The notes under the pieces: generated by a model
Told to the model about the DNA's origin: nothing
The model's database searches: none
What the model saw: only the letters and a program-made list of their open reading frames with translations
NCBI GenBank assembly: GCA_930990645.1
Contig: CAKNQJ010000001.1
Coordinates: forward strand, 22,260-86,259
DNA: 64,000 nt
Origin: an uncultured Clostridium sp.
GTDB taxonomy: Bacteria > Bacillota > Clostridia > TANB77 > CAG-508
Direction of reading: 5' to 3'
Part shown: positions 8,001 through 16,202 of the stretch, in pieces
Layout: the number at the start of each line of letters is the position of its first letter
Numbering within the stretch: the first letter of the stretch is position 1
Made by a program: the position numbers and the translations under genes

Positions 8001-10298
8001 ATAAAACTAACAACAGGAGAAGGTCCAGAGATAGAAGTAACATTAAGCTCAAGCATACCAGAGGGAACAACAGTAGGAAATGGACAATATGTAAGATTCT
8101 ATGTTACAGTAAAGAATAATGGAGATATTGAGGCAGAAAATGTGAAATTAAATATTCCTATACCAGAACATATGAGATATGTAGAGTTCGAAGAAATAAT
8201 TAATGAGTACAATTTAGATGAAGATGCAACGAATTATGAAATAGATTTAGGAAATATTAAGTCTGGTGAAAGTAAAGAAGTTGATTATGAATTAGTTGCA
8301 TACATATCAGGTGTGGGAGGTACAATTGATACTATGAACTATGCTGAATTAACAGCAGGAAACATATCAGGAAAAGTAAGGTCTAATGAATATAAAATTG
8401 TACTTGATGCACAACTTCCTCATATGAAAATAGTAAATGAAGTAAATACTGAAGAATCAAGAACTTATTCAGAAGGCTCAACTATAAGATATAATTTGCA
8501 AATAACTTCTAATACTTCTACAGAGTTTAAGAATATTACAGCGACTATACCATTACCAGATGATGTAGAAGTAACAAATGCATATATTGAAAGTGATAGT
8601 GGTAATATTACTGATGGGGTTCAAATTAGTTCTGATAAGGTAATAGTTAATATACCAACACTTGAAAGTTCTGGAACAAAAAATGTAGTAGTAGAATTTA
8701 CTATAGGAGAAAATACTCCAGCAAGTTTTTCTTCGATGGTAACAGTTGCGTCAGATGATATAGGAACTAGATATTCAAATGAAAGAATAATTTATACAGG
8801 AAGAGAAAGCATGACTGGTGAACAATTAGCACCATCAAAAGAATATGTAAAAGAAAATGAAGAATTTAAATATACATTTAAAATTAATACAGAAGGTACT
8901 GCTGATATATTTGGATTTGTACTCGAAGATCAATTACCTAGTGAATTAGACTTAATAAGTTCTTCTGTAGAATTAACAAATTTAGATGGTAGTGAATCAG
9001 AATATAGTGTTGTGGGGAAAGCATTAGAAAATGAGGAGGGAATAGTAACCTTAAAAATATCTAGGCTACCAAAAAATTCAATCCTAACTATTACATTAAC
9101 AGTATCAGGAAGATTACAATCAGAAGCAGATGACGGAAAAGAGTTAGTAAATAGAGCGTATATATATGGGGACAAAGTAGACAGGATAGAATTAAATAGT
9201 ACAACTGTATATTTAGAATATGAACCATTATTACATGATAATCCTACAGGTTCAGGAGCAGGTAATAGATTTAGCATATCTGGAACAGCATGGCTTGACG
9301 AAAATCAAGATGGTATGAGAGACGGAGAGGAGACAACAATTTCAGGAGTACAAGCATTATTATTATATAAATCAAATGGACAACTTGTTACTGATGCAGA
9401 TACAGGAGAAAACAAAATATCAACAACAGGGGAAGATGGAAGATATCAATTTACAAACTTAACTCCAAATCAATATTTAGTAGTATTTGTATATGATGCA
9501 GGTTTATACAGTATAACAACATATCAAAAAGAAGGAGTAAACGAAAGTAGAAACTCAGATGCAATAGAAACAAATATAAACCTAAACGGAACAAGACAAA
9601 TAGCAGGTGTAACAGATACATTACAAGTTTCAAATGACAGCATAAGAAATATAGACTTAGGACTATATCAAGATGAAAAATTTGACTTAAGTGTAGAAAA
9701 ATATATTACTAAGATTTCATTAACAACACCAACAATAGGAACAGCACAATACGAATATGGAGATTCAGTATTTGAGAAAGTTGAAATTCTAGGGCAAAAC
9801 GCAGGAAGAAGTAGCATGGTAATGGAATACAAAATAGTAATAAGAAATGAAGGTGGAGTAGCAGGATATGCAAGAAAAATAGTAGACTACTTACCAGAAG
9901 GAGTTGGATTTAGTACAGACTTAAATAAAGATTGGTATTTATCAGAGACAAATGGAAACATATATAATACAAGCTTAGAAAATACAATAATACAACCAGG
10001 AGAGACAAAAGAATTGACATTGATATTAACAAAACAAATAACAGAAGATACAATAGGAACAACATTAAGTAACCAAGCAGAGATATACGAAAGCTATAAT
10101 GAAGAAGGACTAAAAGACATAGACTCAACAGAAGCAAATAGAGAAACAGAAGAAGACGATTTGGGACAAGCTGATGTACTAGTATCACTAGTAACAGGTA
10201 AAATAATAATGTACACAGGAATAGTAATAGTAGTACTAGCAATGATTACAACAGGGATAATAGTAATCAAGAAAAAAGTACTAACTAAAAATAAGTAA
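5064..10298 (+). CDS. Giant surface protein (1744 aa) with signal peptide, DUF11-type repeats, SdrD B-like/Cna-B-type domain and C-terminal TM anchor
   Basis: Signal peptide MSRVLNKLIAVMIVILLIGTNLIFLATESIAASS. DUF11-like segments run ~7986-9264 (e.g. GQYVRFYVTVKNNGDIEAENVKLNIPIPEHMRYV). An SdrD-B-like segment at ~9279-9654 reads SGTAWLDENQDGMRDGEE...GEDGRYQFTNLTPNQYLVVFVYD. The C-terminal TM plus KKKVLTKNK lies at ~10179-10295. No LPXTG motif. Confidence 0.9.
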   Translation: MSRVLNKLIAVMIVILLIGTNLIFLATESIAASSAYDSQNSRTNNSNVEFNAYLEGGVHETSIDMSSQDMKIYLNISVQNIGYLKSAEISFENANFSINPNEENSYIKSVDKGNNKIQLNQINKGENVVIEIPIQFLAKDDVASDYLNKEFGTHLVAEYIDEDGKSISIDKTILNKLTWTAETEIENTMKINKYIPYKQGEKYGVLLQMLVNNKVKDNKVPVKTSKTTITVPELNGTKPSSVSVMANNTKATNGQEDGINFNNNNYAYDAENNTLTITVGNAADGNNMIKWKKDATDEYIVTFIYEGQDIYNKVVELQNRTEQENTQREITNRSDINRNAVVNEESVNANIETDEETINTNQESTNNAVINTQVDENDIQTSAPVTEEIVTELKIETNIKVEDTLYTFDGQTITKDFNYSNELKEKIGELTTAEISATNEISKGYIYANYDIEKEEDKKETTYGVKYVANVENINIVDRVEFKEQIDKFKGEEKEGEEQLEGATTVGDKNYTYNKEIKISKTIFDKMLGEEGKIEVFDNTNNKIGEINKDTEVNSSNEYAIDISEANKNQIVIRTSKPITEGKIEINITKAIAKNIDYSIEQMREFKTIETSMIGNVIEDSSAKTAKINMLEPKSEASIAINKEQLSTVTENSNVELRATLDTSSVYNSLYKDPTIKIELPEVIENVEVNSIKMLYADGLKIKEATLSEEDGKKVIDISIEGTQTEYSTENQDVKGPNIIVNTNMELDKLGTNQDAEIKMQYTNNANTESEDEAEEKEAKTDIPIIAPTGVIATNEVSNYKEGAEDVLEIEDGTKELTIDTYSDARDVVFGGQVINNYDNAISDVVVLGRLPVQGNKNVDTNADLGSNMNMTLKQGISIQGMDTSNIKVYYSSNVDATNDLSGQANGWTENPSNLAEVKSYLIVVQNIQLATGEGFQFNYTAELAGNIAYNNTTNTMYKVFYNNISDIGTIAETKVSPIIKLTTGEGPEIEVTLSSSIPEGTTVGNGQYVRFYVTVKNNGDIEAENVKLNIPIPEHMRYVEFEEIINEYNLDEDATNYEIDLGNIKSGESKEVDYELVAYISGVGGTIDTMNYAELTAGNISGKVRSNEYKIVLDAQLPHMKIVNEVNTEESRTYSEGSTIRYNLQITSNTSTEFKNITATIPLPDDVEVTNAYIESDSGNITDGVQISSDKVIVNIPTLESSGTKNVVVEFTIGENTPASFSSMVTVASDDIGTRYSNERIIYTGRESMTGEQLAPSKEYVKENEEFKYTFKINTEGTADIFGFVLEDQLPSELDLISSSVELTNLDGSESEYSVVGKALENEEGIVTLKISRLPKNSILTITLTVSGRLQSEADDGKELVNRAYIYGDKVDRIELNSTTVYLEYEPLLHDNPTGSGAGNRFSISGTAWLDENQDGMRDGEETTISGVQALLLYKSNGQLVTDADTGENKISTTGEDGRYQFTNLTPNQYLVVFVYDAGLYSITTYQKEGVNESRNSDAIETNINLNGTRQIAGVTDTLQVSNDSIRNIDLGLYQDEKFDLSVEKYITKISLTTPTIGTAQYEYGDSVFEKVEILGQNAGRSSMVMEYKIVIRNEGGVAGYARKIVDYLPEGVGFSTDLNKDWYLSETNGNIYNTSLENTIIQPGETKELTLILTKQITEDTIGTTLSNQAEIYESYNEEGLKDIDSTEANRETEEDDLGQADVLVSLVTGKIIMYTGIVIVVLAMITTGIIVIKKKVLTKNK

Positions 10299-10312
10299 GA
10301 AAGGAGGACAAT

Positions 10313-13300
10313 ATGAAGAAAATATTAAAATGGTTTCTAATATTAATAGGAACTGTAGCAGTATCAGTAGGAATTTCTCTAACTATTTCTACAAATCTTT
10401 CAACAGAAACTATAGCACAAATAGAAGAGAATACTACAAAACAAGCATCAGGACAATGTAGCCCAAACCCAATAATCCTAATTAGAGAAAACCTAGAGGG
10501 TTATGGAGCAGATGGCTCAAAACTATTTAGACCAATTGCTGCAGATTCGGATTTGGAACTTTATTGTGTTGAACCTGGGGCGGCTCTAGGAACAAGTGGC
10601 TCAGTTGATTATTCTGAATTGCAGGAATATGTTAGTAGTTATCATACTTCAAGTGCACATGGATGCGCTACACCACCTAGAGAAATGAAAACTTTGCCAT
10701 ACTATTATTGTCATGGAGAGCATTACACTGAAAGTTCAACAACGGTATATGGAAGGTATGTTGGGAATTTATATGATGCTGGATATGCTGCATCTTTCTT
10801 CCCAGACGGAGCACAAACACTTAACTGGGATGATAATCAATGGAGTGGAGGTAAGCAACAAGCTATTTGGATGTTGTATGGATTAAATAAACGTGATGAT
10901 CCAAACAGAGGAACCTATAGAACTGAAGGAGAATTAATAGTAGAAGAAGCAACTGCTTATAGAGAGTTTTATGAAAAAATAATGGAAAAAGACCAAAATG
11001 GGAATATAGGTATGAAACCTAAGGATATTACTAACTACGAAAATGTAAGTGTTAGCACAGATACTAATAATCAAACACACATAATAGGGCCATTTACTAT
11101 TGACTATGTAAAAGGAAGATATCGTATAGAAGGACCTTATGGAACTTATAATATGGCATTTGGTGGAATTTCAGATATGTGGTTAGTAGATGAGGACGGA
11201 AGAAGAATAGAAATTCAAAAATTTATAAGACCAGAAATAGGAAGTTATAAAGAGCCAAGTTATTTTGATACCTTTGACACTGAGGAAGGAAAACCTAACC
11301 CAAACTGCGTAGACTACTATGATAATGGAAGAAATTATCCAGATCCAAATGAACCATTTTATGTGGAAATTGCATATACTGGAGAAGAATCAACATCATA
11401 TACATTAAATGCAGAGTTTCAATATATGAAATCAACAGCAAAATTTTGTGTAAGAGAGGGTATTAGGTATGTTTCAGCGCCAAGCGATCGTGATACTCCA
11501 CATACAGATCCCGGAGACCCACCTACACCTTGTCATAGTTGTGACATGAGGGCAAAAATAGACACTATCGATCAACAAGATTTAGTTTATGTTGTAGAGT
11601 CTAATAGGGAAATAATAACTGAGTCATTTACTGGAGGACCAGATGATAATGGACCACCAGCAAAAACAATGAAACTTGGTGGATATGTATTTGAAGATAC
11701 ACCATCAGGAAAAGAGCAAGATGTTGATGGAGTAATGAATGAAGGAGAAAGAATAATACCAGGAGCAAAAGTAACATTATATGAAGTAGATGATAATGGA
11801 AATAGAGAACTAGCACAGCTAAGAACATTAAGAGATGAAAATCCAAATATATCAGATGCAGAAGTAAATGATCCTGATGATTATACAAGAAGAATAAATC
11901 CAACTCTATCAGATGCATATGGATATTATGAATTTAGAGGATTGGACACAGAGAAAAACTATATTGTTGAGTTTGAATACAATGGTCAAATATATATGCC
12001 AACAGAATATTTAGCAGGAACAGGACACGATTCTGTATCGGACATGGTAGATGCAAATCAATATGATACAGCAGGTACAAAGAGTGAACAATGGAGACAA
12101 ACTTCAAAAGCATTAGAAGTTGCAAGCGAGAGAACAACATATGACCAAAGATTTGCTGAAATACGTTCATATCCTGAAAACTATACAATGAATCCAGATG
12201 GATTAAGTTTAATTAGTGGAAGTAATGGATATAATGTAGCATTCTCAATATATGATTTGATGGGATTTAATTTAACAGCAGATGGAACATATGAACAAAA
12301 ATTAGATACTCCTTTAATTGATACATATTACTATTTAGATAATGGAGTAATAATGATAGGTGAAGATATCAAAGAAGGTTTAATTACAACAAGGATAAGA
12401 GAGTTTATAGACCAGAATAAGAAATATCCATCTGATCAAGAAATGAGAAATATATATACTGGAATTGTTAATGAAATAGCAGGAGACTTGGATGGAGGAC
12501 AACAAGAAGCATGGCAAATGATACAATTTGTAGAAGATAGCAAAATAAGTGCATATACAATTAATAACATGAATAATGCAAATTCATATGATATATATCC
12601 AGTATACAATGATCAAAAAGCAGATATAAAAAATCGCAGGATGACAACAAATGTAGAAAGTGGAAATGAGTATCCATATAACAGTTATAATAGAGATACA
12701 CATACACATGATTCTAGTAAGAGTGTATATACAAATAAAGTGTATCCGATGAATGGTGAATTACGAGAATTCAAAAATATCTACGAAGGACAATTATTTG
12801 TAAACTGTGGATTGTGGAGAAGACAAGAAGCTGATATGGCTATTAACAAAGACGTATACAAAGCGGCATTAAAGATTAATGACAAAACAATAGTATATAA
12901 CTATGATAAGAGAAGTGCTACCGTAGATGAACAAGATGGAGATAATGATGGCAAGAACAATGAAGATGGAAATCAAGACAATCAAACATATTGGGATATA
13001 TACCTAAGAATGTCTGATTATGATAACTACTATGGAAAGTCATATAGTGAAGATGGTCAAGCTGGATACATGAGAGAAATATATCCTACAGATTACTTAT
13101 TTGATACGCCAGGGGAAGGTGGCATAGCACCAGGTCATCCAGGTGATCCACTAGAAGTATATATAACGTATAAAATTACTGTAAGAAACCAATCAATGAG
13201 TATATTAACAGAAATAGAGGAAGTTGTAGATTATTATGACCAAGACTATACATTTAAACCAAACTTATCATGGGTAATGTATAGAGGAAGTAACACAGAG

Positions 13301-15808
13301 GAGCCTCCTAGAGTAAATGAAGATGAATATTACAGTGTAATGGCTAGCAATCAAGAAGATATGAATAATGTTTCTGTAATAGGAAAAATAACTGGAGCTC
13401 GTGATGTTAAAAATAATAACACAAAATACCCAGGAACAGAGGAAAATCTAGGAAACGGATATCAGAATGTATATATAAATGGTCTAGATGGCAAAAAATT
13501 AGAATCAGGTGAAAGTGCATATATTTACTTGACATTCCAAGTAAATAAAGAGAATGAAAGAGTTATATTAGATGGTGGAGAATATTCAACTACGGACACT
13601 CCAAAAGAGAATATAGCTGAGATTAATGGATTTACAACATATTATAAAGACGGAACAACATTACCAAACTACGGAGGTAAAGGACAAAATGATATTGCCG
13701 GACTAGTAGACAGAGACTCAACACCAGGTAACTTAGTGGCAGAAGACTTAGAAGGAGAAAGATATGAACAGAACTTTGAAGATGATACAGATAGAGCACC
13801 TAGTCTAAGAGTAAGAATAGATGCAGAGGCAATAAGAAGAGCAAATGGTATTGTATGGGAAGATGAAAGAACTGAAAATGTAGATGGTGCATTAATAGGT
13901 GACGGTATTAGACAAGAAGGTGAGACACCAGTAGCAGGAGTTACAGTTGAATTAATTGAAAAATGTGTTGATGGATCAGAATACCGTTGGGGTGAACCAG
14001 TATCTACAAATGAAAATGGAGAATATCTATTTGAGAACTATATACCAGGTGACTACATAATAAGATTTAAGTATGGCAATACAGATGCTACAGCACTTTC
14101 AACAGAGTCTAAGGGCTCACAAGGAAGCAATATAGTATCATACAATGGCCAAGACTTTAAATCAACAACATATCAAGATGGTATAGAACAATCTGAATAT
14201 ACAGACATATCACGCAGATACCAAGGCTATAGAAATACAGCTACGCAGAATGTTACAGCAACATATAATGGTAATGAAAATGCTGGAAATACTACAGATA
14301 ATACATTTGGATATGACATATATGCATCAGATGCGGCAACAGCAGAAAATGAAAACTACTCAGATGCAAAAGACTTGTGGACAGCAGGAGACAGAAGTGA
14401 TTTACACGGTAGAGATAATGTAATAAGCTATAGTCAAAGCAATGTTACAAACCATAAAGCAGAAGTTTTAGCATCACCATATGTAGTTCCAACATATGAT
14501 GGAACTGAATATAGCGATGATGAAATGAGAGCGTTATATGATGAATTAATCGACAATACTCAAATGACAGCAGAAACAGGTATGATAGTAGTAGAATTTG
14601 AGTATGACAGACAGCAATCAGATGGATTGAACTCAACAATAAATGATGAGACAAATTCAAGTCACAGCTATATTGTTTTGGATGGAATAGAAGATAACAG
14701 ACAGAACAGTAACTACACATTAAAAAACATAGACTTCGGATTAACAGAAAGACCAAAAGCACAGCTTGAAATTGACAAATCTGTAGCAAATGTGAAAGTA
14801 ACACTCGCAAATGGAACACCATTATTTGATATAGTAGAAGCTGCAAACAATGCATTATGGCAAGATCACAAGGAATATAGTATAGACGAAATTAAAGAGG
14901 ATTATGAAGGAATTTATCCAACATATTATAGTAATGATACTACATATCCAAAGAATCAAGATCATACACAATATCACAGATATTCATATAGGACAGTTGC
15001 CAATGGTATAAATGACATTGTACAAAGCACAGATAAAGGTTTAATACAACTTACAATGGACGAAGAATTAATGCATGGTGCAACAATTCAAATAACATAC
15101 ACTGTAAAAATTACAAACGTTGGTGAGACAGACTACTACGACACAGGAGATGCTAAAAATTACTATTACTTAGGAAATAGAGATGGTTCAGAAGTAGTAA
15201 CAACAGTAGCAAACCAAGTAGTAGATTATGTACAAAACAACTTACAGTTTGACGAAAATAATGAGGCAAACATGGATGACAGCGGACAAGGAGTTAATGC
15301 AAGAGACGGTTGGAAACTAATTACTGTAGAAAACTTAACAAAACATGATGAGGTAAATGAAGATCTAGTTAATAGGAAACTTGAACCTGAAGGAGAAGAC
15401 TTTGATAAGAAAAAATTATCAGCATTCAACACAATAGTACAAACAGAAAGTTTCGGAAGTGATAATTTGGTACCAGGTCAAGAAACAACAAGAACAATAG
15501 TATTATCACAATTGATTACACCACAAAATACAGATGATGATTTAACATATGGAAACATGGTTGAAATTGTTAAGACATCAAATACGGTAGGAAGAAGAAT
15601 GGCATACTCAGTAGTTGGTAACCAAGACCCATCACTTTCAGATGCATCAGAAGTTGACGCAAACGTAGCCGAAAGAATAGTTATATTACCACCATTTGGT
15701 GAGGTACGTATTTACTATATCTTAGGAGCAGTAGTAGCAGTAATGCTAATAGGAGGAATTATACTAATAAGAAGAAAAGTACTTAAAGGAAAAGATAAGA
15801 CAGAGTAA
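10313..15808 (+). CDS. Giant surface adhesin (1831 aa) with putative N-terminal thioester domain (TED/TQXA-type), two SdrD B-like domains, DUF11-like C-terminal domain and TM anchor
   Basis: RBS AAGGAGG lies 14 nt after the upstream stop, indicating an operon. LYCVE (Cys85, nt 10565-10567) and KQQAIW (Gln182, nt 10856-10858) match the published TED motifs [YFL]C-psi-[DE] and phi-Q-x-phi-phi-W. SdrD-B-like segments lie at ~11669-12000 and ~13842-14100. C-terminal TM plus RRKVLKGKDKTE. Confidence 0.9.
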   Translation: MKKILKWFLILIGTVAVSVGISLTISTNLSTETIAQIEENTTKQASGQCSPNPIILIRENLEGYGADGSKLFRPIAADSDLELYCVEPGAALGTSGSVDYSELQEYVSSYHTSSAHGCATPPREMKTLPYYYCHGEHYTESSTTVYGRYVGNLYDAGYAASFFPDGAQTLNWDDNQWSGGKQQAIWMLYGLNKRDDPNRGTYRTEGELIVEEATAYREFYEKIMEKDQNGNIGMKPKDITNYENVSVSTDTNNQTHIIGPFTIDYVKGRYRIEGPYGTYNMAFGGISDMWLVDEDGRRIEIQKFIRPEIGSYKEPSYFDTFDTEEGKPNPNCVDYYDNGRNYPDPNEPFYVEIAYTGEESTSYTLNAEFQYMKSTAKFCVREGIRYVSAPSDRDTPHTDPGDPPTPCHSCDMRAKIDTIDQQDLVYVVESNREIITESFTGGPDDNGPPAKTMKLGGYVFEDTPSGKEQDVDGVMNEGERIIPGAKVTLYEVDDNGNRELAQLRTLRDENPNISDAEVNDPDDYTRRINPTLSDAYGYYEFRGLDTEKNYIVEFEYNGQIYMPTEYLAGTGHDSVSDMVDANQYDTAGTKSEQWRQTSKALEVASERTTYDQRFAEIRSYPENYTMNPDGLSLISGSNGYNVAFSIYDLMGFNLTADGTYEQKLDTPLIDTYYYLDNGVIMIGEDIKEGLITTRIREFIDQNKKYPSDQEMRNIYTGIVNEIAGDLDGGQQEAWQMIQFVEDSKISAYTINNMNNANSYDIYPVYNDQKADIKNRRMTTNVESGNEYPYNSYNRDTHTHDSSKSVYTNKVYPMNGELREFKNIYEGQLFVNCGLWRRQEADMAINKDVYKAALKINDKTIVYNYDKRSATVDEQDGDNDGKNNEDGNQDNQTYWDIYLRMSDYDNYYGKSYSEDGQAGYMREIYPTDYLFDTPGEGGIAPGHPGDPLEVYITYKITVRNQSMSILTEIEEVVDYYDQDYTFKPNLSWVMYRGSNTEEPPRVNEDEYYSVMASNQEDMNNVSVIGKITGARDVKNNNTKYPGTEENLGNGYQNVYINGLDGKKLESGESAYIYLTFQVNKENERVILDGGEYSTTDTPKENIAEINGFTTYYKDGTTLPNYGGKGQNDIAGLVDRDSTPGNLVAEDLEGERYEQNFEDDTDRAPSLRVRIDAEAIRRANGIVWEDERTENVDGALIGDGIRQEGETPVAGVTVELIEKCVDGSEYRWGEPVSTNENGEYLFENYIPGDYIIRFKYGNTDATALSTESKGSQGSNIVSYNGQDFKSTTYQDGIEQSEYTDISRRYQGYRNTATQNVTATYNGNENAGNTTDNTFGYDIYASDAATAENENYSDAKDLWTAGDRSDLHGRDNVISYSQSNVTNHKAEVLASPYVVPTYDGTEYSDDEMRALYDELIDNTQMTAETGMIVVEFEYDRQQSDGLNSTINDETNSSHSYIVLDGIEDNRQNSNYTLKNIDFGLTERPKAQLEIDKSVANVKVTLANGTPLFDIVEAANNALWQDHKEYSIDEIKEDYEGIYPTYYSNDTTYPKNQDHTQYHRYSYRTVANGINDIVQSTDKGLIQLTMDEELMHGATIQITYTVKITNVGETDYYDTGDAKNYYYLGNRDGSEVVTTVANQVVDYVQNNLQFDENNEANMDDSGQGVNARDGWKLITVENLTKHDEVNEDLVNRKLEPEGEDFDKKKLSAFNTIVQTESFGSDNLVPGQETTRTIVLSQLITPQNTDDDLTYGNMVEIVKTSNTVGRRMAYSVVGNQDPSLSDASEVDANVAERIVILPPFGEVRIYYILGAVVAVMLIGGIILIRRKVLKGKDKTE

Positions 15809-15836
15809 GATTAGATTAGTATAATTATAAAAGAGG

Positions 15837-15868
15837 AAGATACTTTGAATAGTATCTTTCTTTTTTTG
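15837..15868 (+). terminator. Rho-independent terminator of the 5064-15808 operon
   Basis: Stem AAGATACT / AGTATCTT with loop TTGAAT, followed by TCTTTTTTTG. Confidence 0.6.
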
Positions 15869-16202
15869 TTACTATTTAGATGTTTTTCACCTCAAAATCT
15901 TGAAAAAAACGCTATTTTGCGATAAAATAGTAAAAACAAATTGTTAGAAAAGAAAATAAAAGAAAAGAACACATCACATTTTGTAAAAAACTTTTTTATA
16001 TTATGGATTAAATGTGACAAAAAAGTATTTTCAAATGAACTATAATTAAGTAGCATTAAGTTATGCTATTTGCACGAAAGAAAAACACGAAGAAAGACAT
16101 TAATGCATAAATAAAGGGATGATACAAAAAGGACTAAGGCATTTTAAGGAATACATTGTTAGGTATGCTTTGTATTACTACCTAAGAAAGGTGAGTGTGA
16201 TT

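Noticed and set aside
10150-10298. LPXTG-type sortase signals in the giant proteins.
   Set aside because: No LPXTG, SPXTG, PPXTG or NVQTG motif precedes any of the C-terminal TM helices. SLVTG and LPPFG are noted as a finding but cannot be called sortase motifs.
5051-15432. Antisense and out-of-frame ORFs inside the 1744-aa and 1831-aa genes (e.g. 7279..7743, 9910..10242, 14445..14855).
   Set aside because: They have the same shadow-ORF composition (poly-Leu/His/Phe) and no RBS. They lie fully inside strongly supported + strand CDSs.
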